Below, piece by piece: positions 1-11,759 of a stretch of DNA of 64,000 bases (the stretch's first letter is position 1; each line of letters begins with the position of its first letter). The notes beneath the pieces were generated by a model. That model was not told the origin of the DNA. It did no database searches and was given only the letters and a program-made list of their open reading frames with translations. The position numbers were made by a program, and so were the translations under genes. Origin of the DNA: Mobula hypostoma (taxonomy: Eukaryota). Where the stretch lies: positions 191,022,001-191,086,000 of the forward strand of contig NC_086101.1 of assembly GCF_963921235.1 (NCBI RefSeq). Reading direction: 5' to 3'.

Positions 1-1229
1 TTGTTTAGTGTGTTTTTTTTTTCAGGCTGTGGTTTTGTCACAACCACGGATTCGGCAGCGCAACAGATGCGGCAATTCCGCGGGTGAATATGCACGTGTC
101 GTTCTTAGTACTTCTTTTCAGCCGCCGTGTAGGCTCCGTTTTCCATCTGAGAGTTTTAGTTAACGACCCCGTTAGACCTAGTGTTTATTGTCTTCTTTTC
201 CCTTTCGCATTAAAGTCTGTGAACTGTCGACCTGTTACAGATTCTCTCACTCCGCACTTGGGCCATACCCGCACCGGGTGACAGGTTTGGCGTAGGAGGG
301 GTTCAGGGTGGTGGTTATGTGTACAATAACGGACAGCGGGAGTAGGATAAAGGCTGGGGAGTGACGTGGCAGGGGTGCGGGAGTGAGGGTCATATGTCTG
401 GTAACGGGTACCCGGGATCTGACGTGGCGGAGGTGAGGGAGTGACGGTTATATGTATAATAACGGATACCCGGGAGTGGGTTACATGCTGGAAGCCAGTC
501 GGGGTTTCGAGGGTTCGTAATTGTCTGTTCCCGGAATCTGTTGGCTTTTGCAATCCTTCAGAGGGGAACTGACTGGAAATTCTGGGACACCGGTTACGGA
601 CAGCAGAGTTCTAGGAATTCCCTCGGAGTGATGGAAAGCTTACAGCAGGGTAGGAGGACAATCAGCCTATTGGTTTCATACTGCCCGTGTGTGAGAACAA
701 CCCACCCAGTCCCATTCCCCCATCCTCTATAAACAGCCCCACGAATTCCTTTTCCCGCTCCTCTTATCAAAAACCACTTCCTACGCCAGTCCCACGTTTC
801 ACTCCGAACACAGCCAGGGTGGGAAGAATGCATCCGAGCAATACTGTAGTTTAGTTATCTAGCGATTAACTGTCATTCTGCGACGTAATTTCCTACCACG
901 TCCACCAATGGGAAGAGCCTCCCACAATCCAAACTCTCATAATTTTAACTGCCTACCTCCCCTTCCCCCAACTAGGAATCCCTCCGACCTCCTTAACTGT
1001 AAGGAGATCATCCGGGGTGTGAATTAGAAGCAGGAGGCCACTCGGCACCGCTGGATCTCACCGCCATTGAATAAGATGCCGGCTGATCTGTTTAAACTCA
1101 ACGCCCAATCCTCCGCCATCGACCAACAGCCGCCCTCCCTCCTATTTATCGAGGGTTCCACTCTGGGGTACAAAACCCTGGGATCTATATGTGTGTTTCT
1201 CCAACTGTCCGGCCATCAGATCCCCTCCA

Positions 1230-1450
1230 CCAGAGGATGTGCAGTGTGTCAAGAAAGCGGATCAGTCAGGAGCGCTTACGGTTGGACAGTTTGCCACCAA
1301 CCTCTCACTCCCTCTGTGTGATACAACGCTCAAACACCTGCAGAGCTGCCACAGCGGACACCCGAACAAGGAGATGATGAGGACAATGGAAAACACTTAC
1401 TGTATCCCTGGACTGAGACGGACAGCAGAACAGTGCAGAGGCAAACCCAG
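1230..1450 (+). mobile_element. possible LTR-retroelement integrase zinc-binding (H2C2) remnant
   Basis: ORF 1191-1499 contains CHSGHPNKEMMRTMENTYCIPGLRRTAEQC, similar to the H-x-x-H...YW-PGL...C pattern of Gypsy/retroviral integrase N-termini. Degenerate. Confidence 0.3.
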
Positions 1451-1659
1451 AGAGAGCGCATCGCCGACACTGCAGTCTGGTGTCCGTTTTGCTTCCTAAA
1501 ACTGAAATGCAGAAGTTGCACGAAGTGCTCGTCATTTCCTTAAAGATCCCCCACTCTTATAAATTAGGTAAGTCACTGATTCTTAACTGAACAGGATTGG
1601 AATGTTGCAGGAACTCGCACATGTCTTCTGCCCTGACCATAGGAAAACTCCCTGAGGAG

Positions 1660-1775
1660 TTCGGAGAGTTCAGACGCGTTCCTAAAACTGAACTTGAGAG
1701 GGCAAAGGGTAGCAATAAAGTTTCAGCGGCACATATGATTAAGGAGGATCCCAAAGCTTTTCAAAAATTATTTAC
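1660..1775 (+). mobile_element. CR1 LINE ORF2 remnant
   Basis: KTELERAKGSNKVSAAHMIKEDPKAF resembles the CR1 ORF2 segment KKEIRRAKR...IKENPKAF. Confidence 0.4.
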
Positions 1776-2344
1776 TCGCTTTCACCAACTCGTGAATCCC
1801 TTTGGGATGCGTCTGGTGAATTTCGATCATTTATTCGATCTTCCGCAAAGATTCTGATTTCGCACCAGCGACTTTAAGTGAGGGCAGCTCTGACGAAATA
1901 CTCTGCTTCTCGGCGGGGCTGACGAGTTCATGGAAGGCGGTAATCAGAGTTAATAGCTGGCTGGAGTCGTCATGATGCTCCATCTACATTTTGTGTGATC
2001 TCAATACCTGGGTATATCGTCTCCCTCATACATTTCCAAAATAATTCCTACATTGAGCGATTGGTGAAAATTAAACTGTACATACTTAACACCACAATGT
2101 TGGCACTCTGTAATATTTCACTTCGATGCCACTGAACTCATAAGACGCTTTCGTAAAAAAAGTTCTTTACCCCAAAAAAAATTCAATCTTATTCTTACAA
2201 ACATTTTCAAACAAGTTTGATACTATCCGTCGTGGCAGTTTGCGGTAGAGTCTCACAAGTGCGAAAGTACATCACATTTTTATGTCCTTAAGTACAAAGA
2301 GCTTTTGGCATGTGGGCCTTTGTAAATCTAAGTAGTGAGTACTG

Positions 2345-2590
2345 GAATTAGCATGTTATGGTGACATTGTATAAGATGCTGATGAGTATTTGGGGATTTC
2401 GGGTCAAGCAGGAAAGATATCAATGTTTGAAAGAGTTCAGAGAAAATTTAAAAGACGTTGCCGGGACTTGAGTACCTGAGTTATTAGAGAAAGGTTAAAT
2501 ACGTTAGGTCTTTATTTCCTGAAGCATAGGAGAATGAGAGGAGATTTGACAGAGGGAAACAAAATGATGAGAGGCATGGAGAAGGCCTAT
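2345..2590 (+). mobile_element. CR1 LINE ORF2 C-terminal fragment
   Basis: Degenerate ERVQRKF...GLEYLSY.ERLN.LGLY...RRMRGDL motif, shared with other CR1 copies in the window. Confidence 0.7.
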
Positions 2591-2639
2591 CAATTCGTTA
2601 AAAGAAGACCTTCTAATTTTTAACAGAACATTTTAATTT

Positions 2640-2975
2640 TAATGCCCATTCCCGTTCCGACATGTCAGTCCATGGCCTCCTCTTATACACCAATGAGGTT
2701 TCCCTCGGGCTGCAGGAGCAACACCTTATATTCCGTCTGGGAGACCTTCAAACTGATGATATGAATATCGATTTCTCCTTCCATTAAAAAATAATCTCTC
2801 CCCCTCCCCTCTTATTCTATTCTCTGGTCTGGCCTCTTACCTCTTCTCACCTGCCTATCATGTGCACTGGTACCTTTCCTCCTCCCTTTCTTTTATGGTC
2901 CACTCTTTTCTCCTATCATATTCCTTCATCTCCAGTCCTTTACCTTTCCCATCCAACTGACGTCACCAGTCACCT
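2640..2975 (+). mobile_element. Penelope-like element 3' remnant (end of GIY-YIG domain)
   Basis: GAGCAACACCTTATATTCCGTCTGGGA...ATGAATATCGATTTCTC encodes EQHLIFRLG...MNIDFS, followed by a pyrimidine-rich UTR. An antisense copy lies at 12880-13315. Confidence 0.6.
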
Positions 2976-2985
2976 TCTCGATTGT

Positions 2986-3292
2986 ATAACCATATAACCA
3001 TATAACAATTACAGCACGGAAACAGGTCATATCGGCCCTTCTAGTCCGTGCCGGAATCTTACCCTATCCTATTCTCACCGACCTGCACTCAGCCCATAAC
3101 CCTCCATTCCTTTTCTGTCCATTTATCTATCCAATTTAACTTTAAACAACAACATCGAACCTGCCTCAACCACTTCTGCTGGAAGCTCGTTCCACACAGC
3201 CACCACTCTCTGAGTAAAGAAGTTCCCCCTCATGTTACTCCTAAACTTTTGTCCTCTAATTCTCAACCCATGCCCTCTTGTTTGAATCTTCC
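2986..3292 (-). mobile_element. CR1 LINE 3' end
   Basis: Minus ORF ...RGNFFTQRVVAVWNELPAEVVEAG...KLDR plus an (ATGGTTAT)n tail. Confidence 0.85.
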
Positions 3293-3299
3293 TTGTCCT

Positions 3300-3470
3300 T
3301 CTTCTCCACCCACCTTCTCGTTCTGGGATTCTCCCCCTTCCTTTCCAGTCCTGAAAAAAGGGTCTCATCCAGAAGCATTGACTGTTCATTCATTTCCATG
3401 GATGCTGCCTGACCTGCCGAGTTTCTCCTGAATTTTGAACGTATTGCTCTGGGTTTCCCAGCATCTGCAG
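3300..3470 (+). mobile_element. Penelope-associated terminal repeat (degenerate hammerhead-bearing unit)
   Basis: CCAGTCCTGAAAAAAGGGTCTC...TTGACTGT...GATGCTGCCTGACCTGC...CCAGCATCTGCAG, same family as 57700-57870. Confidence 0.6.
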
Positions 3471-3474
3471 GATT

Positions 3475-3830
3475 TCAAATTATGAAAGGTATAGATGGGG
3501 TCAATGCAAGGAGGCCTTTTCCACTGAGGTTGAGTGAGACTAGAACTAGAGGTCATGGGTTAAGGGTGAAGGGTGAAATGTTTAGGGGGAAGATGAGTGG
3601 GAATTTTTTTCATTCAGAATGAGGTCAGAGTGTGGAACAACCCGTCAGCAGAAGTGATAGATGCGGATTCGATCTCAACACTAAAGCAACTTCGGATAGG
3701 TCCACTGATGTAAGTGATATGAAGAGCTATGGTCCAAATGAAGGTCGATGGGACGAGGCAGCATAATGGTTCAGCATGGACTAGATGGACCGAAGAGCCT
3801 GTTTCTGTGTTGTACTGTTCAATGATTTTA
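3475..3830 (+). mobile_element. CR1 LINE 3' end
   Basis: Degenerate TRGHGLRVKGE.F...VWN motif and CR1 3' UTR. Confidence 0.7.
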
Positions 3831-3859
3831 TTACTCTACATTGAGGTAGATTTTAAGGC

Positions 3860-4180
3860 CAAGAGTCTATCGTGTTTTACAATAGGTCTGATAGCAGTTG
3901 GATTGAAGCTGTCCTTGAGGCTGGTGATACGTGCTTTCAGGCTTTTGTATCTTCTGCCTCATGGGAGAGGAGAGAAGAGGGAATCTCCAGGGTGTGTGGG
4001 CTGCTTGGTTATGCTGGCTCTTTACTGTGACAAAGTCCATAGAGCAGAGGCTGGTTCCTGCAATGTGCTGAGCTGTGTCTACAGATTCTTAAGATTATGT
4101 ACAGAACAGTTGCCATGCCATGACCTTATTCATGCAGACTGCATACTTTCGGTGGTGCATCGATAAAAATTGGTAAGATA
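3860..4180 (-). mobile_element. Rex1/Babar-type LINE 3' fragment
   Basis: Reverse complement encodes degenerate YRCT.ES...WHGNCS...LP.GRRYKSLKARITSLKDSF. Confidence 0.6.
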
Positions 4181-4209
4181 AATCCAGGATATACTGAATT
4201 CCTTTAGTC

Positions 4210-4710
4210 TCCTGAGGAAGTAGAGAAGGTCCAGAGGAGGTTCACAAGGATGATTCCAGGAATGAAAGGGTTATCATACGAGGAACATTTGATGGCTCTA
4301 GGTCTGTACTCACTGGTATTTAGAAGGATGGGGGGGGGGTGGAATCTCATTGAAACCTTTCAAATGTTGAAAGGCCTAGACAGAGTAGATGTGGAAAGGA
4401 CAGGGAGTCTAGGACAACAGGGCACGGCCTCAGAATAGAGGGGCATCCATATAAAACAGATGCGGAGAAATTTTTTTAGCCAGAGGATCGTGAATTTGTG
4501 GATTTTATTACCACAGGCAGCTGTGGAGGGCAGGTCGTTGGGTGTATTTAAAGCAGAGATTGATTGGTTCTTGATTGGACAGAGCATTAAAAGTTCCAGG
4601 GAGAAGGCCAGGGAGTGGGCAGAGGAGGGGAAAAAAATAATCAGCCATGATTGAATAGCAGAGCAGACACAATTCTCCAAATGGCCTATTTCTGCTCCTG
4701 TGTCTTATGG
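4210..4710 (+). mobile_element. CR1 LINE 3' end
   Basis: KVQRRFTRMIPGMKGLSYEEHLMALGLYSL...MRRNFFSQRIVNLW and a (GGTCTTAT)-type tail. Confidence 0.85.
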
Positions 4711-4830
4711 TCTTATGTTGATGAGTTTTCTTCGCTGTAACATCAATGTGGTTGGAGTAGGACAAGCTATTGTTAATAGTCACAGCTTGGAACTCAACCC
4801 TCTCAACATCAAGATCATTGATGTAGAGTG

Positions 4831-5878
4831 GGGCATGGCCATCTTTGTATGTGGCTGTATCAGGTTGTGTGTAGAACCCAGGTATGTGGGCACCAAGTAC
4901 CACTATGTGCCCAGGTTCTACCTGTCGCCCTGGCTACGAAGGATGGGTCTGGCCCCACTCCCGCACAACGCCCCAATCAGCTAGTCGTTGCCGCCATACC
5001 TGTCCTTCGTAGAAAAGTTCTTCCAAGAGAACACCTTTGACCACAGGGCCATCAGGCAGTAGTCGGCATGTAATGTCCTGCAGGCGCTGCAGGAGGAGGA
5101 CGTGATGGACACAGTGGGTTCGTTCCCTGAGCAGACTGTCCAGTTCATCTGGCAAAATGCCTCATCGTCAGATCTCACCAACAGGCACCAGGACCTCGCC
5201 TGGCTGGCGGTGAGAGGTGCCCTCCCAGTCAGATCCCTCCTGTACGCCCGGAACGTCGTCTCCGCGCCCCACTGCTCACGGGAGGACTGCAGTGAGGAGG
5301 AGTTTGTGACCCACCTCTTTGCACACTGTCAGTTCGCAGAGAGGGTGTGGAGGAGGATGGACGGGCTAGTGTCACGTTTCATCCCCAGCAGCTGTGTAAC
5401 AGAGGACTCTCTGATCTCCCGTAGGCTGTTCCCGGGGACGCACACGGAGACCAACGTCCGGTGCTGCTGTCAGATCATCAACTCGGTGAAAGACGCTCTT
5501 TGGTCGGCCCGAAACTTGATGATCTACCAGCACATGGAGATGTCCGTGGGAGAATACTGCCGACCGGCATGTTCTCGGCTGCAGGAGTACGTGCTGAGGG
5601 ACACACTGAAACTCGGTGCAGCCACCGCAAGGTCCCGGTGGGGAAGGACCACGGTATAGGTTTCTTCACCCGTGGGAGTGGGAGGGGTCGGGTGGCGGGG
5701 AGTATACCCCTCAACAGTGATGTGGTAAGGTGAACAACTGGAGTGCCACGTGGGTGGCCATAAGTATGGATATGTACACGACTATGATGGAAACGTATGT
5801 AAAGGATGGAAAGTTACTGAATGGTTTATTGTATATAATTTTATTTTTGAATAAAGTATATTTTGAAATTTTAAAAAA
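4831..5878 (+). mobile_element. Tx1-clade (L1-Tx1) non-LTR retrotransposon, 5'-truncated
   Basis: ORF 5102-5659 has a zf-RVT type motif (LAWLAVRGALPVR...CSREDC...EFVTHLFAHC). AATAAA and an A-rich end at about 5850-5878. It splits a Rex1/Babar fragment (4710-4830 and 5880-6020). Confidence 0.8.
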
Positions 5879-6179
5879 TGTATAATGCCATTCCTAACCC
5901 AGAACCATTCCCATAGTCTGAAGTCAATGACCAGCTTTTTTGTGCTGTTGACATTGAGTGAAGGGTTCTTGCCATGACACCATGTCATTAAGCTCTCTAT
6001 CTCCTACTTGTACTCCGTTTAGAGTCCACAGGAGGCTGATGGGGCCCTGATAGAGACTACTGAATCTTTGCTGCCTCAGACAAGGAACCAGATGACTGGA
6101 AGACAACATATGAAGGCTTAATTTATTCCAAAGAGTCGCAGAGATAATGACAGATCAGTTGCGATGAAGTCTTGGACAC

Positions 6180-6498
6180 GAAATGTCACTCTGTTTCTCG
6201 TTCCACACGAAACATCACTCTGTTTCTCGTTCCACACGAAACGTCACTCTGTTTCTCGTTCCACACGAAACATCACTCTGTTTCTCGTTCCACACGAAAT
6301 GTCACTCTGTTTCTCGTTCCACACGAAACATCACTCTGTTTCTCGTTCCACACGAAACGTCACTCTGTTTCTCGTTACACACGAAACGTCACTCTGTTTC
6401 TCGTTCCACACGAAACGTCACTCTGTTTCTCGTTCCACACGAAACGTCACTCTGTTTCTCTTTCCACACGAAACGTCACTCTGTTTCTCTTTCCACAT
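6180..6498 (+). repeat. 29-bp minisatellite, 11 copies
   Basis: Unit GAAA(CG/TG/CA)TCACTCTGTTTCTCGTTCCACAC starts at 6180, 6209, 6238, 6267, 6296, 6325, 6354, 6383, 6412, 6441 and 6470. Confidence 0.97.
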
Positions 6499-7227
6499 AC
6501 ACTGCCCGTCCAGCTGAGTATTTCCAGCCTTTTCAGGGTTTTTTTTATTTTAAATTTCCAATATCTGCCATTTTATTTTGAATGTCAACCAGTGATTCTT
6601 TGTATCAGTGGAAGGGGAAATACTGGAAAACATTTTACAGAGTAGAGGTTATTTACAGAAATGAGACAACAGCGGTTTGACCCATCTTTATACCCCTGAA
6701 GATCAATTCCAATGAAACCACAAGTACAAATCCCAGAATAAGGGAAGTCAGCTGCCATTGCAAAATGCTTTGTGCAGAATATGGATGAATTTCAACACAG
6801 ATGAATAAACAAGTCAGTAATTTCGTTAATTTTGCAGATGTGGCAACAAATTATTTCAACAGAACAGTGCATTGAGTTAGTACAAGGAGAAGCAATAACA
6901 GAATGCAGTATGAAGTGTTCCAGTTACAAAGAACATGCAACGCTGGCACACGATAAGGTGCAGTGTCACGACAGGGTAAATTGCAAGGTCAAGAGTCAAC
7001 CCAATCATACAATGATCAGTATTGTTATTACGTCAAGATAAGTACTGTGCAAAAGCTTTAGGCATTTGCATTTACAGTAGCTAGGGTCAACGTGGAGAAG
7101 ACAGTGAGGTTGTAAATCTGGCAGGAGCGAAAGGTGTTTGGAATGGCGAGACTGGTGTGCCATGGGAGCGGTGTGGAATCTGTGACACATAAGGAGTGCG
7201 AGAAGCAAAGGTGTTGGCAGTGCAGTT

Positions 7228-7840
7228 AAAGACTGGTCTAAGAACACTGAGGCTGTCTACAAGAAGGGTCAGAGCCGTCTCTATTTCCTGAAGAGACTGA
7301 GGTCCTTTAACATCTGCCGGACGATGCTGAGGATGTTCTCCGAGTCTGTGGTGGCCAGTGCTATCATGTTTGCTGTTGTGTGCTGGGACAGCAGGCTGAG
7401 GGTAGCAGACATCAACAGAATCAACAAACTCATTCGTAAGGCCAGTGATGTTGTGGGGATGGAACTGGACTCTCAGACGGTGGTGTCTGAAAAGAGGATG
7501 CTGTCTAAGTTGCATGCCATCTTGGTCAATGTCTCCCATCCACTACATAATGTACTGGGTGGGCACAGGAGTACATTCAGCCAGAGACTCATTCCACCGA
7601 GATGCAGCACAGAGCGTCATAGGAAGTCATTCCTGCCTGTGGCCATCAAACTTTACAACTCCTCCCTTGGAGGGTCAGACACCCTGAGCCAATAGGCTGG
7701 TCCTGGACTTATTTCCTGGCATAATTTACATAGTACTATTCAACTATTTATGGTTCTATTACTATTTATTATCTATGGTGCAACTGTAATGAAAACCAAT
7801 TTCCCCCAGGATCAATAAAGTATGACTATGACTATGACTA
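7228..7840 (+). mobile_element. Rex1 LINE (young family), 5'-truncated
   Basis: MLRMFSESVVASAIMFAVVCW...SFLPVAIKLYNSSL with a (CTATGA)n tail. Confidence 0.9.
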
Positions 7841-8019
7841 CCAAGTTTCCATACCATGCAGTGATGCAGCACGTTAAGGTGCTCTCTATTGCACATCCTC
7901 GTAAAGAGAGTTTTCTTGAATTGGATACTTGATTTCCTCACATGAGGACCTCAGTCAGCTTGAATTGGCAACAACAACTCTTCCAAAGTCTCCACCAGCA
8001 CAGGTGCACCACAAGGCTG

Positions 8020-9030
8020 TGCACTTAGCTCCCTGCTCTACTCGCTTTACTTATGTCTGTGTGGCTAAGCACAGCTCCAATGCCATATTCAAGATTGCTG
8101 ACACCACTGTTGTAGGCAAAATCAAAGGTGGTGACAAATCAGCATAGAGGAGGGAGACTGAAAATCTGGCTGACTGGAGCCACAATAACAACCTCTGACT
8201 CACTGTCAGCAAGACCAATGAGCTGATTATTGACTTCAGGAAGAGGAAAACAGAGGTCCATGAGCCAGTCCCCATCAGAGGTTCAGACGTGGAGAGGGTC
8301 AGCAACTTTAAATTCCTGGGTTATATCATTACAGAGGACCTGTCCTGGGCCCAGCATGTAACTGCAATTACAAAGCAAGGACAGCAGTGCCTCTACTTCA
8401 TTAGAAGTTTGCAAAGAATAGGCATGACATCTAAACCTTTGAAGAACTTCTAAAGATGTGTCGTGGAGAGTATGTTGACTGACTGCATCAAAGCCTGGTA
8501 TGGAAACACAAATGCCCTTGAAAGAAATATCCTGCAAAAAGTAGTGGGTCACAGGTAAAGCCCTCTCCACCATTGAGCACATCTACACAAAACATTGATG
8601 CAGAAAAGCAGCACCCAAGATCAGGGGACCCCCACCACCAGAACATGCTTCCTTCTCACTGATGCCATCAGGATGAAGGTACAGAAGCCTCATGACTCAC
8701 ACCACCAGGTTCTGGAACAGTTATTACCCTCAACCATCAAGCTCTTAAACCAAAGGGATAAATTCACTCAACTTCACTTCATCATCGAAATGTTTCCACA
8801 ACCTATGGACTCACTTTCAAGGATTCTTCATCTGTTGTCCTCAATATTTATTGCTTATTATTCATTTATTATTATTATTTCTTCCTTTTTATATTTGCAG
8901 TTAGTGTATTTTGCACACTGGTTGATTGCCAAAGCTGGTGAAGTCTTTCATTGATTCTATTATGAGTAATAACAGAGAAATCGATTTATTAAGTATGCCT
9001 GCAAGAAAACAAATCTCCGAGATATACACC
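8020..9030 (+). mobile_element. Rex1/Babar-type LINE (older family), RT C-terminus and 3' UTR
   Basis: Degenerate KFADDTTVVG motif (FKIADTTVVG), KTNELIIDFRKRK, FKFLG. Confidence 0.7.
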
Positions 9031-9231
9031 TGATTTGTACACCTTCCCCTCCCCCAATTTCTTATTCGGGCTTCTTTCCTCTTCCTTTCCAGACCCAAAG
9101 AAAGTTCTCAGCCCGAAACATTGACTTCCTTTCCATAGTTGCTGAGTTCCTCCAGCTTTGGATTTTCGTTGTCTGCAGAATCTCATGTGATTCTGATTTG
9201 CTGCGTTCCTGGAGCCTTTTCTGTGTGTTGC

Positions 9232-10600
9232 TTAAGAACATAGAACATAGAAATCTACAGCACATTACAGGCTCTTTGGCCCACAATGTTGTGCTGATCA
9301 TGTAATCTGCTCTAGAAACTGCTAAAATTTCCCTACCACATATAGTCTATTTTTCTAAGCTCCTTGTAACTATTTAAGAGGTTCTTAAAAAAAACCTATT
9401 GTATCCGCCTGTACCACCATTGCCAGCAATACATTCCACACACCCACCATTCTCTGCATGAAGAACTTACCCCTGATATCCCTCAGTACCTATTTCCAAG
9501 CACCTTAAAACTGTGCCCCCTCGTGTTAGCCACTTCAGTCCCGGGAAAAAGCCTCTGGCTATCCACACAGTCAATGCCCCTCATCATCTTATACGCCTCT
9601 ATCAGGTCAACTCTCATTCTTCGTCACTTCAGGGAGGAAAGGCTAAGTTCACTCAACCTGTTCTCATAAGGTACAACCTCCAATCCTGGCAATATACTTG
9701 TAAATCTCCTCTGCACTCTCTCTATTGTATCCACATCCTTCCTGTAGTGAGGTGAACAGAATTGAACACAGTACTCCACATGGGTCTAACCAAGGTCTAT
9801 TAAAGCTGAAACATTACCTCACGGCTCTTGATCTCAATCCCACAGTTGATGAAGGCAACACACCATATGCCTTCTTAACAGCATTGTTAACCTGCACAGC
9901 AGCTTTGAGTGTCCTATAGACACAGACCCCAAGATCTCTCTGATCCTCCATACCGCCAAGAGTCTTACCATTAATATTATATTCTATCTTCATATTTGAC
10001 ATACCGAAATGAACACTTTCACATTTATCTAAGTTGAAGTCCATCTCATACTTCTCAGCCCAGTTCTGCATCCTATTGATGTCCCACTGTAACCTCTGAC
10101 AACCTTCCAGATTATCCACAACACCCCAACCTTTGTGTCATCAGCAAACTTTCTAACTCACTCTTCTACTTCCTCATCAAGTCATTTATAAAAATCACAA
10201 AGAGTAGGGGTCCCAGAACAGATCTCTGTGGAACACCACTGGTCACTGACCTCCACGCAGAATACGAACCATTTACAACCACCTTTTGCCTTCTGTGGAC
10301 AAGCCAATTCTGGATTCACAAAACAATGTTCCCTTGGATCCCATGCCTCCTTATTTTCTGAATGAGCCTTAAATGGGGAACCTTATCAAATGTTTTACTG
10401 AAATCAATATACACTACGTCTACTACTCTATCTTCATCAATGTGTTTTGTTACATCCTCAAAGAATTCAAATCAGACTCGTAAGGCACGACCTGCTGTGG
10501 ACAAAGCCATGCTGACTATCCCTAATCAGATTAAGTCTCTCAAAATGTTCATAAATCCTGGCTCTCAGGATCTCCAGCAACTTGCCCACCACTGAGGTAA
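9232..10600 (-). mobile_element. CR1 LINE 3' portion
   Basis: Minus ORFs 9814-10119 and 10467-10703 (SLTSVVGKLLE...SQHGF...SCLTSLI) and a (TTCTATG)n tail at about 9235. Confidence 0.85.
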
Positions 10601-10604
10601 GACT

Positions 10605-11485
10605 GGAGGGGCAGGTAGAGGAAACAGGTAGGATGGAGGAGGTCAACAGGTTAGGATAATGGGTAAGAAAGTGGCATATTAAATACAATGTTGGAAAATC
10701 CATGGTGATGCACTTTGGTAGTAGAAATAAATGTGCAGACTATTTTCTAAACGGAGAGAAAATCCAGTAATCTGAGATGCAAAGGGACTTGGGAGTCCTT
10801 GTGCAGAACACACTGAAGGTTAACTTTCAGGTTGAGTCAGTGGTGAGGAAGGCAAATGCCATGTTGGCGTTCATTTCAAGAGGTCGAGAATACAAGAGCA
10901 AGGATGTGATGCTGAGGCTTTATAAGGCACTGGTGAGGCTTCACCTTGAGTATTGTGAAGAGTTTTGGGCTCCTCATCTTAGGAAAGATATGCTGGCATT
11001 GGAGAGGGTCCAGAGGAGATTCACAAGGATGATTCCAGGAATGAAAGGGTTATCACATGAAGAACATTTGATGGCTGAGGGTTTGTACTTGCTGGAATTC
11101 AGAAGGATGAGCGGGGGCACTTCATTGAAACCTTTCAGATGTTGAAAGGCCTAGACAGAGTAGATGTGGAAAGGATGTTTCCTATGGTGGGAGAGTCTAG
11201 GACATAAGGGCACAGCCTCAGGACAGAGGGGCGCCCTTTCAAAACACAGATGCGGAGAAATTTCTTTAACCAAAGGGTGGAATTTGTGGAATTTGTTGCC
11301 ACATGCACCTGTGGAATTCAAGTTGTTGGGTGTATTTAAAGCAGAGATTGATAGCTTCTTGATTGGACAGGGCATCAAAGGTTACGGGGAGAAGGCCAGG
11401 AACTGGGGCAGCCATGATTGAATGGCGGAGCAGACTTGCTGGGCCACGTGGCTTAATTCTGTTCCTGTGTCCTATGGTCTTATGT
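10605..11485 (+). mobile_element. CR1 LINE 3' portion
   Basis: ORF 10777-11145 QRDLGVLV...LYKALVRLHLEYC..FWAPHLRKD..ALERVQRRFTRMIPG. Confidence 0.85.
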
Positions 11486-11759
11486 GAGAATAATAACCAG
11501 TACCAATACCGTGGCTTCACAGTGGCTTTAGTGTTACCACCTACAAGATGCACTGCAATTAATCACCAAGGGTACTCAATTACTCCTCCCAGACCCACCA
11601 CCAACTCTCCCATCAGTAAGGAACAGGGCAGTGGCTGGCAATATCCTGATCTGACACAAAATGTACACATTGAAAGTAAATGATAGCACAGGATAGGCAT
11701 GATGGACTGAGTGGTCTCCCACACTCTGACTTTATGAAAAATTGTATTTCACATTATCA

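Larger units (their letters stand above)
1..2250. promoter_or_regulatory. CpG-island-like region (probable promoter/5' end of a neighbouring gene)
   Basis: CpG is dense (roughly 35 CpG in the first 600 bp by eye) compared with the CpG-depleted remainder. TGACGT at about 362 and 421, CCAAT boxes (ATTGG about 669, CCAAT about 905), TATAAA about 727. Confidence 0.55.

Noticed and set aside
6180-6498. CRISPR-like array (units contain GAAAC...GTTTC partial palindromes, about 29 bp)
   Set aside because: Units are head-to-tail with no unique spacers, there are no cas genes, and the context is vertebrate. It is a minisatellite.
6164-6645. Three overlapping 117-157 aa ORFs
   Set aside because: They are artefacts of the stop-free 29-bp repeat.
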